Source: Acanthaster planci (lineage: Eukaryota). Taken from it: a stretch of DNA of 30,972 nucleotides. The stretch is from NCBI RefSeq assembly GCF_001949145.1, contig NW_019091478.1, positions 802,408 through 833,379 on the forward strand. Direction: 5' to 3'. The position numbers and the translations under genes are program-made. Below, in pieces: positions 11,361-22,308 of this stretch. How positions within the stretch are numbered: the first letter of the stretch is position 1; every line of letters starts with the position of its first letter. The notes beneath the pieces were generated by a model. It searched no databases and was not told the DNA's origin. It was given only the letters and a program-made list of their open reading frames with translations.

Positions 11361-11980
11361 CTGTAAATCGAGAGGATGTAGAATTTTGGCACATTATTCT
11401 CTTTTTATTTGTATAGCGTTAAGTTCTCTAAGGTCAAAAAAGTCTCCGGCTCTTGGTCGGCGGTGTAATTTGGTTTAATATGATGTCCGAAGCTTCTACA
11501 CTTGCTTGATCGACTGGAATCCTACTCCTGCATAATTTTAATGTGTTTTAGATTGGATACGGCTGAGTAATATGTACTGTTGAGCCCCTCTAGGCCCCCG
11601 TACACTGACATCAGTTTTGTATCATACATTTACAATTGGGAACCAGACAAAAGAGGTGGTCTAATGTCCTTGTACGCGTACATCTGCAAGCTGAAAATGC
11701 TTCTATACAGTAAACAGTGAGGGGCCAGTTTATTTGTGTGTTAGTAGCAGTTGCAATGGACATCGCACATTATACATGTATGTACATCATTTGAAGGGAA
11801 AAAAAGTGAGGGGGAAAAAAAAGCTGCATCGCCGCACTACTTTTGGAGCCAGCCCCTGACCAGGAACCAGAGACCTTTTTGGCCTAACAAAGAGTAAATT
11901 GGTACGTTTTGGAAGTACATGTATTCTGAAAAATGGTGTTGAACTGTTTATCCTCACAAGCAGTGCTGGAGTTGAGTCCA

Positions 11981-12062
11981 TCACAAGTCCCTTCACAAAT
12001 CCCTTTCACAAGTCCCTTCACAAATCCAGTCGCAAAGTCCCTTCACAAGGCCAGTCACAAGT
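11981..12062. repeat. Minisatellite with about 8 copies of an 11-bp unit TTCACAARTCC (equivalently a 21-23-bp unit CACAAGTCCCTTCACAAATCC in 3.5 copies)
   Basis: The sequence reads tcacaagtccc ttcacaaatccc tttcacaagtccc ttcacaaatcc agtcgcaaagtccc ttcacaaggcc agtcacaagt. Confidence 0.8.
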
Positions 12063-12475
12063 AACAGAGTGAACAATGACAACAGAATGCTTTCGTCAGA
12101 GCTCATTTGAATATTTGATGAATTGGCTTGAGACTGAAAGACTTGTGATTGACTCGAATACAACACTGTTCATGAGGTTGAACGACTTAATGCTCACCTG
12201 CTGTGGGATAAATGTTATGGTGCATACAGTTGGGGCAGGGAGAAGTTGCCTCCCCCGGGGGTGAATGTTGCCACTTTTAGGAACCGAAAGTGCCAACATT
12301 TCAGAAATGATACTACACTCTACCACTTTTCAGGAGGCCGAGGATTCTTTTGAATATGATTAAAAATACAATTCCAGTTTTCCCTCGAGTCAAAACTTTG
12401 ATGAGTCACAGGTTAAATGAGTGGCTATTTCAATTTGTATAAGCAAAAATGTAACAAACTCATGCTCATACTCAC

Positions 12476-12586
12476 CTTTGACCAGGAGCAGATAAGAGAA
12501 CAGAAAACCTGTGATTACAAAGGAGATGGGGCCCCAGTTTGTTAACAGGGCTATATCGCTGTCTGTCCAATTTAACACCACCTTAA
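12476..12586 (-). CDS. MFS gene B exon 2; KVVLNWTDSDIALLTNWGPISFVITGFLFSYLLLVK(G)
   Basis: The acceptor tttccag|tt sits at 12588-12587 and the GTGAGT donor at 12475. Phases link exon 1 (g + tt = Val) to exon 3 (g + gt = Gly). It is a hydrophobic helix pair like FLVCR1 [26 protein letters not shown]. Confidence 0.6.
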
Positions 12587-13497
12587 CTGGAAATATGAAA
12601 AAAAGTCATTGTTTGAGGTTTACATGTATCTACAATTCCAGGGGACCTGTTAATTGGTAAGGCGTCCTTGTATGGATAATCATATAATATTACTGGGACA
12701 TCCCACTCCGTTCTTTTCAGCTTTCTGAATACTGTTCTCATAAACAATCTCCAAAATGTCAAAGCTCGGGGATACACTAATCACTATACCAGGTGAAAAA
12801 ACCTAAATGGATTTAATTTGACATGCTTGAATTAAAGATATTTTACAATATGGCAAAAAATCTCACAAATACCAATGTTTCCTCAGAAATACAACGCAGT
12901 CGAATGGGCCTTTTTACAGCACTGACCTGTGAGGATATCTACACCTCGACAATGCATATTTGCATTTTTTTAATCACATTACAAAATGGCAAAATTTGGG
13001 GCCCTGTAAATGTACGGTCACAGACACCGGTATAAAGGTGGATACCGAAGATGTTGCTAAATTTTTAAGGGTCAGATGCCTTCATGGGCCGATGTGTTCT
13101 TATTCCTCCATAATACATGGTACTGCACTTTGGGGGACTGGGAGACGAAGAGTTACTAAAGTGTTCAGAATTTAGGCCAACCATGCAGATGGGCAATCTG
13201 GCTAAAGTTAAGTGTTGGGTGTGAACAGGTATTAAATAAATTTTTTAAAAAGTTTCTTTTCCCCTTGTGGTGGTTTATAAGCCACCAGAAAGTGATAAAA
13301 TGTCCTAAAATGTCAAATTTAGATACAAGTGAAGATATGAGTATTCAAGCCTTCACTTAAAAAACACTATTGGGTTTGTGCACAGTAATGGCCGTGTAGG
13401 AAACTCTATCCTTTTATGCAGCCTGATGACACAGTTTAATGTGAAGTCTAGTCAACTCCACACTTAAATTAAGTCTTGAAATTCGGAGGTAACAAAC

Positions 13498-13744
13498 CTG
13501 TGTCTGCAATAGGTCCCCATGTGTTCCATGTGGCTGCTTGCAGGGCACAAAGCAGCGAGAAGACGGCCAAGATGAACCATCTCGCCGGGTACGCTTCGTG
13601 TTGTGCCCCTTCCTGTTTGTCTGTACCCTTTTTCAAGCTGCGTGTCTGGGGGTTCTGGTTGACAGTGCTGTATTTGCTCCCGTGTACGTGTAGGCGTGTA
13701 TCACTCGGTGCCGCAAAGGACACCAAGGGGTCGGTTTCTGCCAT
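13498..13744 (-). CDS. MFS transporter (SLC49/FLVCR-like) gene B, first coding exon with ATG; MAETDPLVSFAAPSDTRLHVHGSKYSTVNQNPQTRSLKKGTDKQEGAQHEAYPARWFILAVFSLLCALQAATWNTWGPIADT(V)
   Basis: The ATG at 13744-13742 is the first one after an in-frame TGA at 13777-13775. The segment YPARWFILAVFSLLCALQAATW aligns to FLVCR1 [21 protein letters not shown] (first transmembrane helix). The donor G|GTTTGT at 13497 is phase 1, compatible with the next exon. It matches track ORF 13469..13744. Confidence 0.65.
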
Positions 13745-15000
13745 TGCGGCTAAAAGCCAGCCCAGCGAATTTGGTCAGGATTGACGACAAGAACAACTGA
13801 ATGATCTCAACCAAGGGCCTAACACGAGAAACAGACAGCATGAATCGTGATCCCGATGTTATTCTTGGGTCGCTTTGTAAATAACATTTGCTGTACAGCG
13901 GTCTAAGGTCGGCTTCTTTTGTTGGTCGATCGACTCTGACAAGGTCATGTGAGGCCTATACTCGATGTACAGATTACAATACCCAAGTGACGAAGCTTGC
14001 AACTCGGCTTAACTGTGAAAACAAATAGCAGTTCACTTATTCCTCGCGAAATATCACTCTTTCACGTACGGTATACCAAACCTTGGTACACTAGGCCATG
14101 CTGGCAACATTATTAGTTAAACCATGGAGAAATAAAACACATGGTTAAACCCTTGCGAATTTCGTGTAATTAGTCGAGGCAGGTCCGTGGACCGGTAGAC
14201 TGCTTAGGCCTGTAGGCTACTTTGATGTCTGTACCCCGTAGTTGTCTGAAAACAAACAATCGCTCGAAATGAACCTCAAGGTCCAACCATGTCATTGACA
14301 GGACCTCCACAACAGAAGTAAAATTGGCCAGGTAGGCCTAATTCTACAGCCTGTACACAGCGCCATATCTGGGCTACAGTCCTAATGCCATGATCATCTT
14401 AAAGCCGATGAGAGTTCCTTCTCAAGAACAATGGTCGCGGCGAAATTGTGGCCCTCATCCTCGATGATAATGACTGCCGCGAACTAGGCCATCGAGACAA
14501 CCTGTTTCTGCATCCCAAGTCGAGTGAACTGTAATTCGAGTGAAAACGTCACCGCTGTGCATTACAGTACAAGCAACGGTGCCCTTTAATTTTCCGCATG
14601 CATGGTTGGCTCTGTATAGACATGGAGGAAGGAACACCTTCCTTCCCCCATGATATAGACGACTGCTAAGCTTGCCCTTCGACATGGCATTAATTATTTT
14701 AATACAAAACCTCGATGCTCACCATATCTCTGATTAGCGAACCGCCATCCATGTAATACGCGGGTTAGGGTCGGGCGGATGATCCAGGTATTGTATTTAT
14801 GAAAAGGAGATGGGGGTCCCACATTGGATACCATAACATTAAGGAGCTTTCCTCCATGATACGACTCAGAGCCGATTGTATGCGCGGGGTTTCAAATCTG
14901 GATGAAAATGGATGACTCGAAGTAACTTAGTAACAGTTGAGTGGAAATGGATAAGAAGAGGCATGTAACTGAACATCTAGGAACTAGGAAAAAGTTGGGG
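13745..15000 (-). promoter_or_regulatory. CpG-rich 5' flank of MFS gene B (candidate promoter and 5' UTR region)
   Basis: It sits immediately upstream of the ATG at 13744. CpG density is visibly higher (many CGCG, TCGA, CCGG, ACGT clusters such as gtcgatcgactc, ggtcgcggcgaa, cgggcggatgatcc) than in the introns. No TATA box or other core element could be positioned with confidence. Confidence 0.25.
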
Positions 15001-15028
15001 CCAAGGTGGGCCTACTGGGCGTCGTGAT

Positions 15029-15040
15029 GGGGGGGGGGGA
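15029..15040. repeat. Poly-G homopolymer of 12 bases (others: poly-C of 10 at 7166-7175; G8 at about 18616; G10 at about 18996; G8 at about 21905)
   Basis: Read directly from the sequence. Confidence 0.9.
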
Positions 15041-18000
15041 CAGGAAACAAATTAAGATCAAAACAAAAAATAAATTAGAAAAATGCAAAAGAAATACAAA
15101 GGGAGAGGAGCATTACCAATTTGCTTAAAGACATCAAAATTGACCCCATCCACTTAAATGGTTCATCAGATCGCCGCTGATGAGTACTTTGCTCCTGGAA
15201 ACAAATACCCTGGAAATAGTGCTTTGCCCCCGGATTAAAATCCTATCCACACCCATGAGTAGGTATTTTCCTTACATAGGAAAACTCCCACTGTTTACGC
15301 AGTTCGAAGTTCCACAGCTTTCATTGTCCGTCTAATTACCAAAGCTTTTGCAGGAAGAATTTAAATTCTGGATCACTTTGAAGAGTTAAAAACAATGGGT
15401 TGTAAAACATAATTACCTACTTCAGCCTGTTTTTGAATGGTTGGTCAATACAGATCACGAAGTGGACAGACTTTGCCGATAGAAATTATCGCGAAGAATG
15501 TTTGAACGTCAAGCTAGCAACGATAAAATCTTCCCAAATCAGTAAAACTCTTAAACAGAATTAGTCTTTTACATATTACTATTATTTATTAAACCAAAAA
15601 TAATCTAATACAGTCACCAAAGGCGTAACAGTGATACAGATTTATTTCAATAAAGATTCTCTACATGGAAAGATTACAATCGGAGACCACACTTTTATGG
15701 GAATATTTCAGACTAACATACATCTATAAATTTCTCTACCAGATAGATATTTGAAGGAATTAAACAATAACAAAATATATGCATACATGTATTGCAACTT
15801 CAAAACATACTGTGCCTTAGTCTTCAAATTCCAAAATTTAACATTGGTTTCCTCATCAAATGAAAATAGGTATGTTAAAATGAACTAATGTATGATTTGA
15901 TCAACTCCAGAGAAAAACAGACGTACCAGATTACAGGCATTTTTCATGAATTTGAGTTACAGAAGTTTTTATATATAAAAACAGGAACACTGAGGCTATA
16001 TTAGAAAGGTAAAATCTTGGTCTTCAAATACACAACTTGTTGATATATACCTTCTATGTCAAGACACTCACTCTGACAAGGCGATGGTCCAGAAATCTGC
16101 AAAAATCTGTCTGCCATTGCCGACACCTGATGAAGAGAGATGCAGAATTCTAAGAAACTTTTCTAACCTTGCAGGTTGGTATGGACTGCTCATCCCCATC
16201 TTCGTTTTTCTTTCTCAAATCCTTCATCCCAATACCTTACATTATCTTTATATCCCCACTGACTTGAACTTTGAACCTTTGGTCATTCGACTCCAACTGT
16301 TTTTTTGTTACCTCTAAGGCCACTCATGTTCCACCAAAGGATGGAGTTGACCACTAAGCAACCACCTGTGCCCTAGGCAAAAGTTCACCCCAAGTAGAAG
16401 AGAAAGATCTAAGCTAACCACAGAGTAATTTGGTACATAAATTTCCTTATTCATGTGGACCATATGCATGACTGGATTGACAGAGAGGCTAGGCTTGGCC
16501 ATTTTTCCGGCCAGAGCTTTTGCTCCACAGAGATACACAATTTGAATCTTTTGTGCTATCTCTTCCTGACAAAAGCAGTTACCAGAAAGATGGCTGCCAT
16601 GCACAACTTTTATTAGATTCCCACTTCGCTAACTTAAACAGAAATGTCAAACAGTAGACAACATCCAAGTGCAGCCTCACTTTTCTTGGGCAATACCATG
16701 TCAACAGCGAAAGAATATACGATCTATTCATGCACTGCAATACTATACAAAATCAGTAACATCAACAGAAAAAAATGTCAAACCTCAGATTGACTATAAA
16801 AAGAATTGGATCTGTTTGAGAACATGGTTGTCATTTATCAAGCTTGAAATCATTCATTAAAACTCTAATCTGATGCCTTTCTTTTTCATGCTAAAATCAC
16901 AAGATATTTTTGACCTTTGTATCTTAACAATGTTCCCCAAAAGAAAGTGCAAATGTTTCGTTACAGCAAACCGAGCAACCTGTTTCAAAATACAGAATAT
17001 TGCAAATACTAAATGATGTCCGTAATACCTAAAACACATGTACAAGTACATGTACATTGCTTCAAATTCTAGACAAATGCACACAGTGCCAAACAAAATA
17101 AACGGAGCTTACTTGTTACACTTTAACCGCTGGCCCTCTTGGCCTATTGACCTCTTAAGAAACACTGAGTACCATATTGAAAGAAATTATTTGATATAAA
17201 TTTCAAAGGTTACATAGAAAAGCTTTATCTAATGCATTTAACATCTTCACGATGAGCTGCTATAGTTTGAGTGTGATTCTCCATCTTGCCGACTCAGATT
17301 TTCTCTGCGGACCTACTGCGCCAATCCAGGAAGTAAACGTTCCCCAGTTTGTCCCCGCATATCATCTCTGTGCTGTCGGAGACTGGAGATGCGGTAACCG
17401 TGGTAACAGGAGCCTGGCAGTAAAACTGACCAACCTGGAAGACACAAAATTGGAATCACAGGCAATAGCTTCTTCCATACATAGTTAAGACCAGAGAAGC
17501 AAACTTTTCAAAATGAATAAGTGTAATCCTATATCGCACTTCCAGTTCCGGTTTTCCGACCGACCCTAATTTTTCGGACCCCAAAAACTTTCATCGGCAA
17601 ATTAGAAAAACAATAAATTATTTTTTTAAAGTCCTGTGTCTTTTTCTTTCTATACAAACAAATGTCAACAACTTCTTTTCACATCAAAACACTGTTCATT
17701 ATAATGATAATTGGGGCAAACTGATGATTCAACGAAGCTGGTTTCTGCCCCTACTCAAGAGTCCCATATGCACCAACTGTGGGATGCCTGCAACACATTC
17801 CTGACACGCGCATTAAGAGGCCAGCTCTGTGCTAGCTTACATAGAGTTTATACATAACTGTATGGTTTGTACCTTAGCGAGTCTGGATCGCATATTCGTA
17901 AATGGATTAAACAAATCGTAAAAATTACGCCTAAATTGTACAAGTTGGAATCTATGTCAGACAAATACTTTCCAAAAAGCAACTCAGAATGCTGAAACGA

Positions 18001-19529
18001 TGACTTAAGACAAGTGTCTGCTTTTATGCTAGCTACAGAGGGAAGTTTTCGGGAAGTTTGAAGGTGCAACAATGAAGGTATATGGCAACATTTTCACCAC
18101 AAGATATATGTGGCAAGTCAGGTAGACTGGGCAGAACACCTGTGCTGCCTGTTCACTGTTCTGTAACGGCATCTATGAAATATGACAGTTGTATGTTTGA
18201 AATAATTTTCCCTCCTTTGTTTATTTTGGACATCAGTGGTCAAAAATGGACCAAAAGGGATGGACTTCCCCCACCCCTGTGGAGGATGAGGCTGTTCTTC
18301 CATGCATAACACTTTCCTATGATTGATAATCACTGTCTAGCAAAATTATGATGTCAATTTTTTTTCTCCACCTGACCCTGAAATTTGAGAACTAAATCTG
18401 AGAAGCATACGGATTTGGAGCACACATTACCTGTTTCAGATTCTTTCTAGACCACAGCTTGAGGGCGCTGTCTTCTGAAGCCGTGCAGATTACATCATCA
18501 CAGACAGCAATATCATGAACAGCACTTGTGTGAACCTGTTTCGAGAAATGTAAAACTTAATCTTCGTTTGCTACTGAAACTGCATAAAAAACTGATGACT
18601 TTAACCCTAAAAGCAATGGGGGGGGATCTGCCCCCTTCACATTTTTTCAGTATCTCCGCAGTGCATTTTTTTTTCAGGAGCTGAGCCTTTAGGAGTTTTT
18701 AGACTAATTCTGTGTGGTCATTTTGAAACCAATTTTGAGAAAAATCTAACCTACCGTTCTCGTACAGCACCTTTTTTTCTGTGAAAGGTCGTAAAAAAAT
18801 GTATACTGTTTCCACTGCGGTGCTCAAAGCACGCGGGCTGGCATGCATGGTAGCCATGAACTTCAAATGACCGTAACAACAAAATGACACATTTAGTTGA
18901 TTTCAAACTTCACTTTGGTTATGCTAATGAGTGTCTTCCCATGCATGCCAAGTTTAAGAAAAACAAATCGAGCGTGGCACAGCTGAGTTTTGGGGGGGGG
19001 GCCCGAATCCACCCCACCCAGCTGAGAGACTGGCCAAATTAACCCAGCTCCTTCAAGGTTTAACTAGCTGAAAATAAATAAAAGCTAACAATGGCCAAAG
19101 GAGCAGTCTGAAAGACTGAAATTTAAAATTAATGAACTATTTCTCGAGTTTACATCACAGGCATTTGAATAAAAGTGCATTTTTTGGTACATTTTGAAGT
19201 GTGACATTGGTTTTACAGTTGCAATACAGGAACAAGAAAGTTGGAATTCTGAAAGCAATGCTGTAATTTGGGATAATATGTGAGTAGATCTCAAACGGTT
19301 AGCCCTTAAGGCCTTCCTCCAGTAATTTTGTTTTTGTTTACATCAGAAAGAGCTAGAAGAGCTTTTTCGTTTGGAGGGTCACTCATTTTGGCATCCTCTT
19401 GGAAACTGAAACTTAGTGAGAGAAAAAAATGTTGAGGGCTCCTACTGACTTCCACTTTGCTAGATCCTTGTACAGCGCTTGATCTCAAAAGTGGCAGTGT
19501 TGACTTGCGCCTTATTTCGTTAGGTTGGG

Positions 19530-19835
19530 TCACACATGCATCCTTTTTTCGACTGCAACATCAGTACCACTTGACGAAGTATGCCTCTGCTGGCGTACCT
19601 TCTTCCTGGCAATGACTTCATCCGTCATCACGTCGCACACCGTCAAGTAGCCCTTGGAATCGCCAGTCAGCACGGCCCTGTTCTTGCCGCTGACCTTCTC
19701 CCCGAGACCAAGGGTCTTGCCGCTTCGTAGCTGGAGCCCGGTGCAGGCGTGGACCCAGCAGGGCTCCTGGTAGCCCACGGACTGCTCCTTGGTGGAGGGG
19801 TCGACGATGCTTAACTTGGAGCTCCTCTCCAGCTC
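19530..19835 (-). CDS. WD40 gene terminal coding exon W18 (about 62% GC); ELERSSKLSIVDPSTKEQSVGYQEPCWVHACTGLQLRSGKTLGLGEKVSGKNRAVLTGDSKGYLTVCDVMTDEVIARKKVRQQRHTSSSGTDVAVEKRMHV*
   Basis: The acceptor tgtttcaactccag|g precedes it. The stop codon TGA is at 19532-19530. The start is given in ORF-track coordinates, where codon E54 of ORF 19530..19994 begins at 19835. My own character count of the displayed text puts it at 19836 because of an apparent extra G in a G-run near 19797-19801, so treat the 5' boundary as +/-1. Confidence 0.6.
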   Translation of the reverse strand, partial: ELERSSKLSIVDPSTKEQSVGYQEPCWVHACTGLQLRSGKTLGLGEKVSGKNRAVLTGDSKGYLTVCDVMTDEVIARKKVRQQRHTSSSGTDVAVEKRMHV

Positions 19836-19863
19836 CTGGAGTTGAAACAGAAGAATACAAAGT

Positions 19864-19980
19864 TCATGCTCACACTGGGTCATTTTGTCAAAAAATTTCC
19901 ATTCTTTTATCTGCTCACATTCATGCTCACAACGGGTCATTTTGTCAAAAAACATCCATTCTTCCATTCTTTTATCTATC
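19864..19980. repeat. Tandem duplication, 2 copies of about 58 bp (tcatgctcaca(c/a)(t/c)gggtcattttgtcaaaaaa(t/c)(t/a)tccattctt...ttttatct), in the last intron of the WD40 gene directly upstream of the terminal-exon acceptor
   Basis: Copy 1 spans 19864-19920 and copy 2 spans 19921-19980 at about 88% identity. Track ORF 19530..19994 reads through it, giving the repeated EWMFFDKMTRCEHEC / EWKFFDKMTQCEHEL. Confidence 0.8.
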
Positions 19981-20106
19981 GGTGAAATAGTCAATTTCTT
20001 TTTGTCTCTTCAGAAAAATTCTTGAACAAGCAGCACTACTTCTTGCCACAACAAAAAAAATATTAAAGAAAAGATGTGCTTCAATGTATTCATGATGGAT
20101 ACGTAC

Positions 20107-20212
20107 CAAATTCTTGAAGTGCTGGAGTTCCCCGTTGGCAAAGCTGGCAACTAGAGTGTTGTCTTTGAGAATCTTCAGATCCAGAACCCAGTCGGACGGT
20201 TCCTCTGACCCT
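20107..20212 (-). CDS. WD40 gene exon W17; (R)GSEEPSDWVLDLKILKDNTLVASFANGELQHFKNL
   Basis: The acceptor cttgtttcttcag|a sits at 20214-20213 and the GTACGT donor at 20106. Confidence 0.55.
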
Positions 20213-20592
20213 CTGAAGAAACAAGATTTTATGATTATATGGCCTTGATTTCCCCCTCAACAGTTACTGGCTAATATTCCAGCACAGCTCCATCTGTGTA
20301 GCTCAGTAATATGTCAACAGCAATGCTAATCAAACTGAGGTTCCCAAGCTTTTGGACCATGGTCCTCCCTACGGGGTCGTTCTCGCACGTGGAGAACTCC
20401 ACATTCAGTGCGCAAAATATTAATTGATACAATTACTTTATTACTTACATATTATCCTGATTAGCAACAGTGATCAGTGCTGTACAAATCCTTGCATTTT
20501 ACTTTGTTACATTTAACAAAGTGAAGTGTGTATGCTTAAAGCATTCTTCCATCTGCAACTACACAGATATTTGGGGCATAGACCTAGTGTAC

Positions 20593-20748
20593 CTTTGATG
20601 AACCCGGCGGGTCTTTCCAGAGTCACAGCGGAACATGCAAATCATGCCTGACCAATGACCTGTGTAGAGGCTATCCCTTAAGGGGTCATAGGTCATGCAG
20701 GTCACTGGGCTCTTGTCCTGGTCAGCGGCAAACATAGTCTTCCGATAT
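20593..20748 (-). CDS. WD40 gene exon W16; (P)YRKTMFAADQDKSPVTCMTYDPLRDSLYTGHWSGMICMFRCDSGKTRRVHQ(R)
   Basis: The acceptor tgtttctttag|a sits at 20750-20749 and the GTACAC donor at 20592. The frame equals track ORF 20559..20762. Confidence 0.55.
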
Positions 20749-20894
20749 CTAAAGAAACACAAAACTTAATTAATCAGTAACAGTTCATTTTTTTTGTAAT
20801 GAATCATGAATTCTCCACACTAAAGAAATGTTCTTTTTTCTCTGGTCCATAAAATTTTGTGACATGTTTCCTTCTGTCACTCCAAAATACTCAC

Positions 20895-21025
20895 GGTACT
20901 CTATATGCTGTATTGGGTGGGGTGGGGGCTTCGATCTCCCACACTGTCACAACACCCTCATCAGAACCCAGAGCAAACCTGGTATTACCCAGGAAGGTGA
21001 CAGAATTTATAGCCTTTTCCGCCAA
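20895..21025 (-). CDS. WD40 gene exon W15; LAEKAINSVTFLGNTRFALGSDEGVVTVWEIEAPTPPNTAYRV(P)
   Basis: The acceptor ttttgctttcccag|t sits at 21027-21026 and the GTGAGT donor at 20894. Confidence 0.55.
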
Positions 21026-21219
21026 CTGGGAAAGCAAAATAAGATTGGCATTAATTTGCATACATGTATTTGAAGCAGTGGAATTAAAAAAAAAAGTAAA
21101 TTACCACATAAATCTTTGGAGAGCTGAAGTCCACATTTTGTAATAAGAAAGTCAGATATTTCACAGCAAGTTAGCTAACAAGAAGAAAAGCAGAAGCTCC
21201 AAATAGTTCATTTTTATAC

Positions 21220-21301
21220 CTTGCTTGAAAACACCATCTTGGGAAGGGCATCGGCGGATGAATTCTTGTCTGGCATTTCCCACACCATTACTTCACCACT
21301 C
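21220..21301 (-). CDS. WD40 gene exon W14; (R)SGEVMVWEMPDKNSSADALPKMVFSSK
   Basis: The acceptor tttcgtgcag|g sits at 21303-21302 and the GTATAA donor at 21219. It completes the blade VSTSRSGEVMVWE. Confidence 0.55.
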
Positions 21302-21673
21302 CTGCACGAAATGAAACATCAGCAAGAAATGGGAAAAAACATGAAATCTTGAAATTGAACTGTGACTATCTTCTTTCCCCAACAAACTTAGTAAATTTTG
21401 CAAATCTTGCCCAATTATCACGACAGGCCCTATTTGACTAACAAATTAGTGATCCTCAAATCAGAAACATTCAAGATAAACTTTTGCCTTGTTTCATTGA
21501 CCAATAGGGTGTCATGATTTGCCAAATGCACGGGCGCGTCAAGCTTAAGAATGTGTGGCTGCAGTCATGGCGTCTCCTTGGATTATTGTATAAATATGTC
21601 CTTAATTTGGTAGTGCCTGAGCGTTGCAGCAAGCCATTACAAGATTAGCCATATCCCTATCCCATGCAACTAC

Positions 21674-21765
21674 CTGCTGGTGGAGACTGCAAAGGTGCCC
21701 TTTGTTGAGTACGCTGTGCTGGTCACTTCTCCATTGTGGCTGACAGACAGGATCTGAGCCTCAAG
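21674..21765 (-). CDS. WD40 gene exon W13; LEAQILSVSHNGEVTSTAYSTKGTFAVSTS(R)
   Basis: The acceptor ttccccctcag|c sits at 21767-21766 and the GTAGTT donor at 21673. Phase 2 out matches W14. Confidence 0.55.
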
Positions 21766-22188
21766 CTGAGGGGGAATAATTACGAATGCATCACAGTGGA
21801 TTAAGATATTATGCATCCTGCAGAAATGAACAAACAAGCTGCTCTGGCAAAAAGGTTGTGTTTCCTATTTTCCTTACTTTGACTGCTTGAGCATAAAAAT
21901 TGAGGGGGGGGCGATTTTGGGGAAATGTGGAATTGGAGATGAAGGAAAAAGGTGTGTACTTTAGTTTGAATGGGTGCAAAGAAAGTTATTTCCTCTTTAA
22001 TGAGTCTTCTCTCAAAATGTTTCTTGCCATGCCCAAAAAGTAACATCTTCCTTACCACTCTAGAACTGAGGTTTTTCTTTGAATGGTCAAAGTGTTTTGA
22101 CTGAAAGTCTCACTCTCCAAAGTTAACTGAGGAAGTTAGCAAAAGGGGTAATACTCCAATCTTCGAGCACCCTGCCTTGGGGGTTTAC

Positions 22189-22308
22189 CTTTGGTGTCCA
22201 GATCTTCACCGTCTTGTCCAGTGATCCTGTGATGATATCACCTTTGCCGGACACGGCTACAGCCACCACACTGTCCGAGTGACCACTCAATGATGCCATC
22301 TCGTTGCC
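22189..22308 (-). CDS. WD40 gene exon W12; GNEMASLSGHSDSVVAVAVSGKGDIITGSLDKTVKIWTPK
   Basis: The acceptor aattgtctccag|g sits at 22310-22309 and the GTAAAC donor at 22188. It is a textbook WD blade. The frame equals track ORF 22123..22338. Confidence 0.7.

Noticed and set aside
19797-19861. Apparent frameshift: my character count of the displayed text gives GGGGG at about 19797-19801 and TACAAG at about 19858-19862
   Set aside because: Both track ORFs that cross this region (19530..19994 and 19618..19860) need GGGG and TACAAAG. The two discrepancies cancel and sit exactly at line breaks, so this is most likely my miscount of homopolymers and not a real indel. Coordinates within 19801-19860 may be off by one.
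19837-19994. N-terminal 50 codons of track ORF 19530..19994 (MTISPIDKRMEEWMFFDKMTRCEHEC...)
   Set aside because: It is a translation of the intronic 58-bp tandem duplication upstream of the real acceptor at about 19836. It has no WD40 character and starts at TTG.
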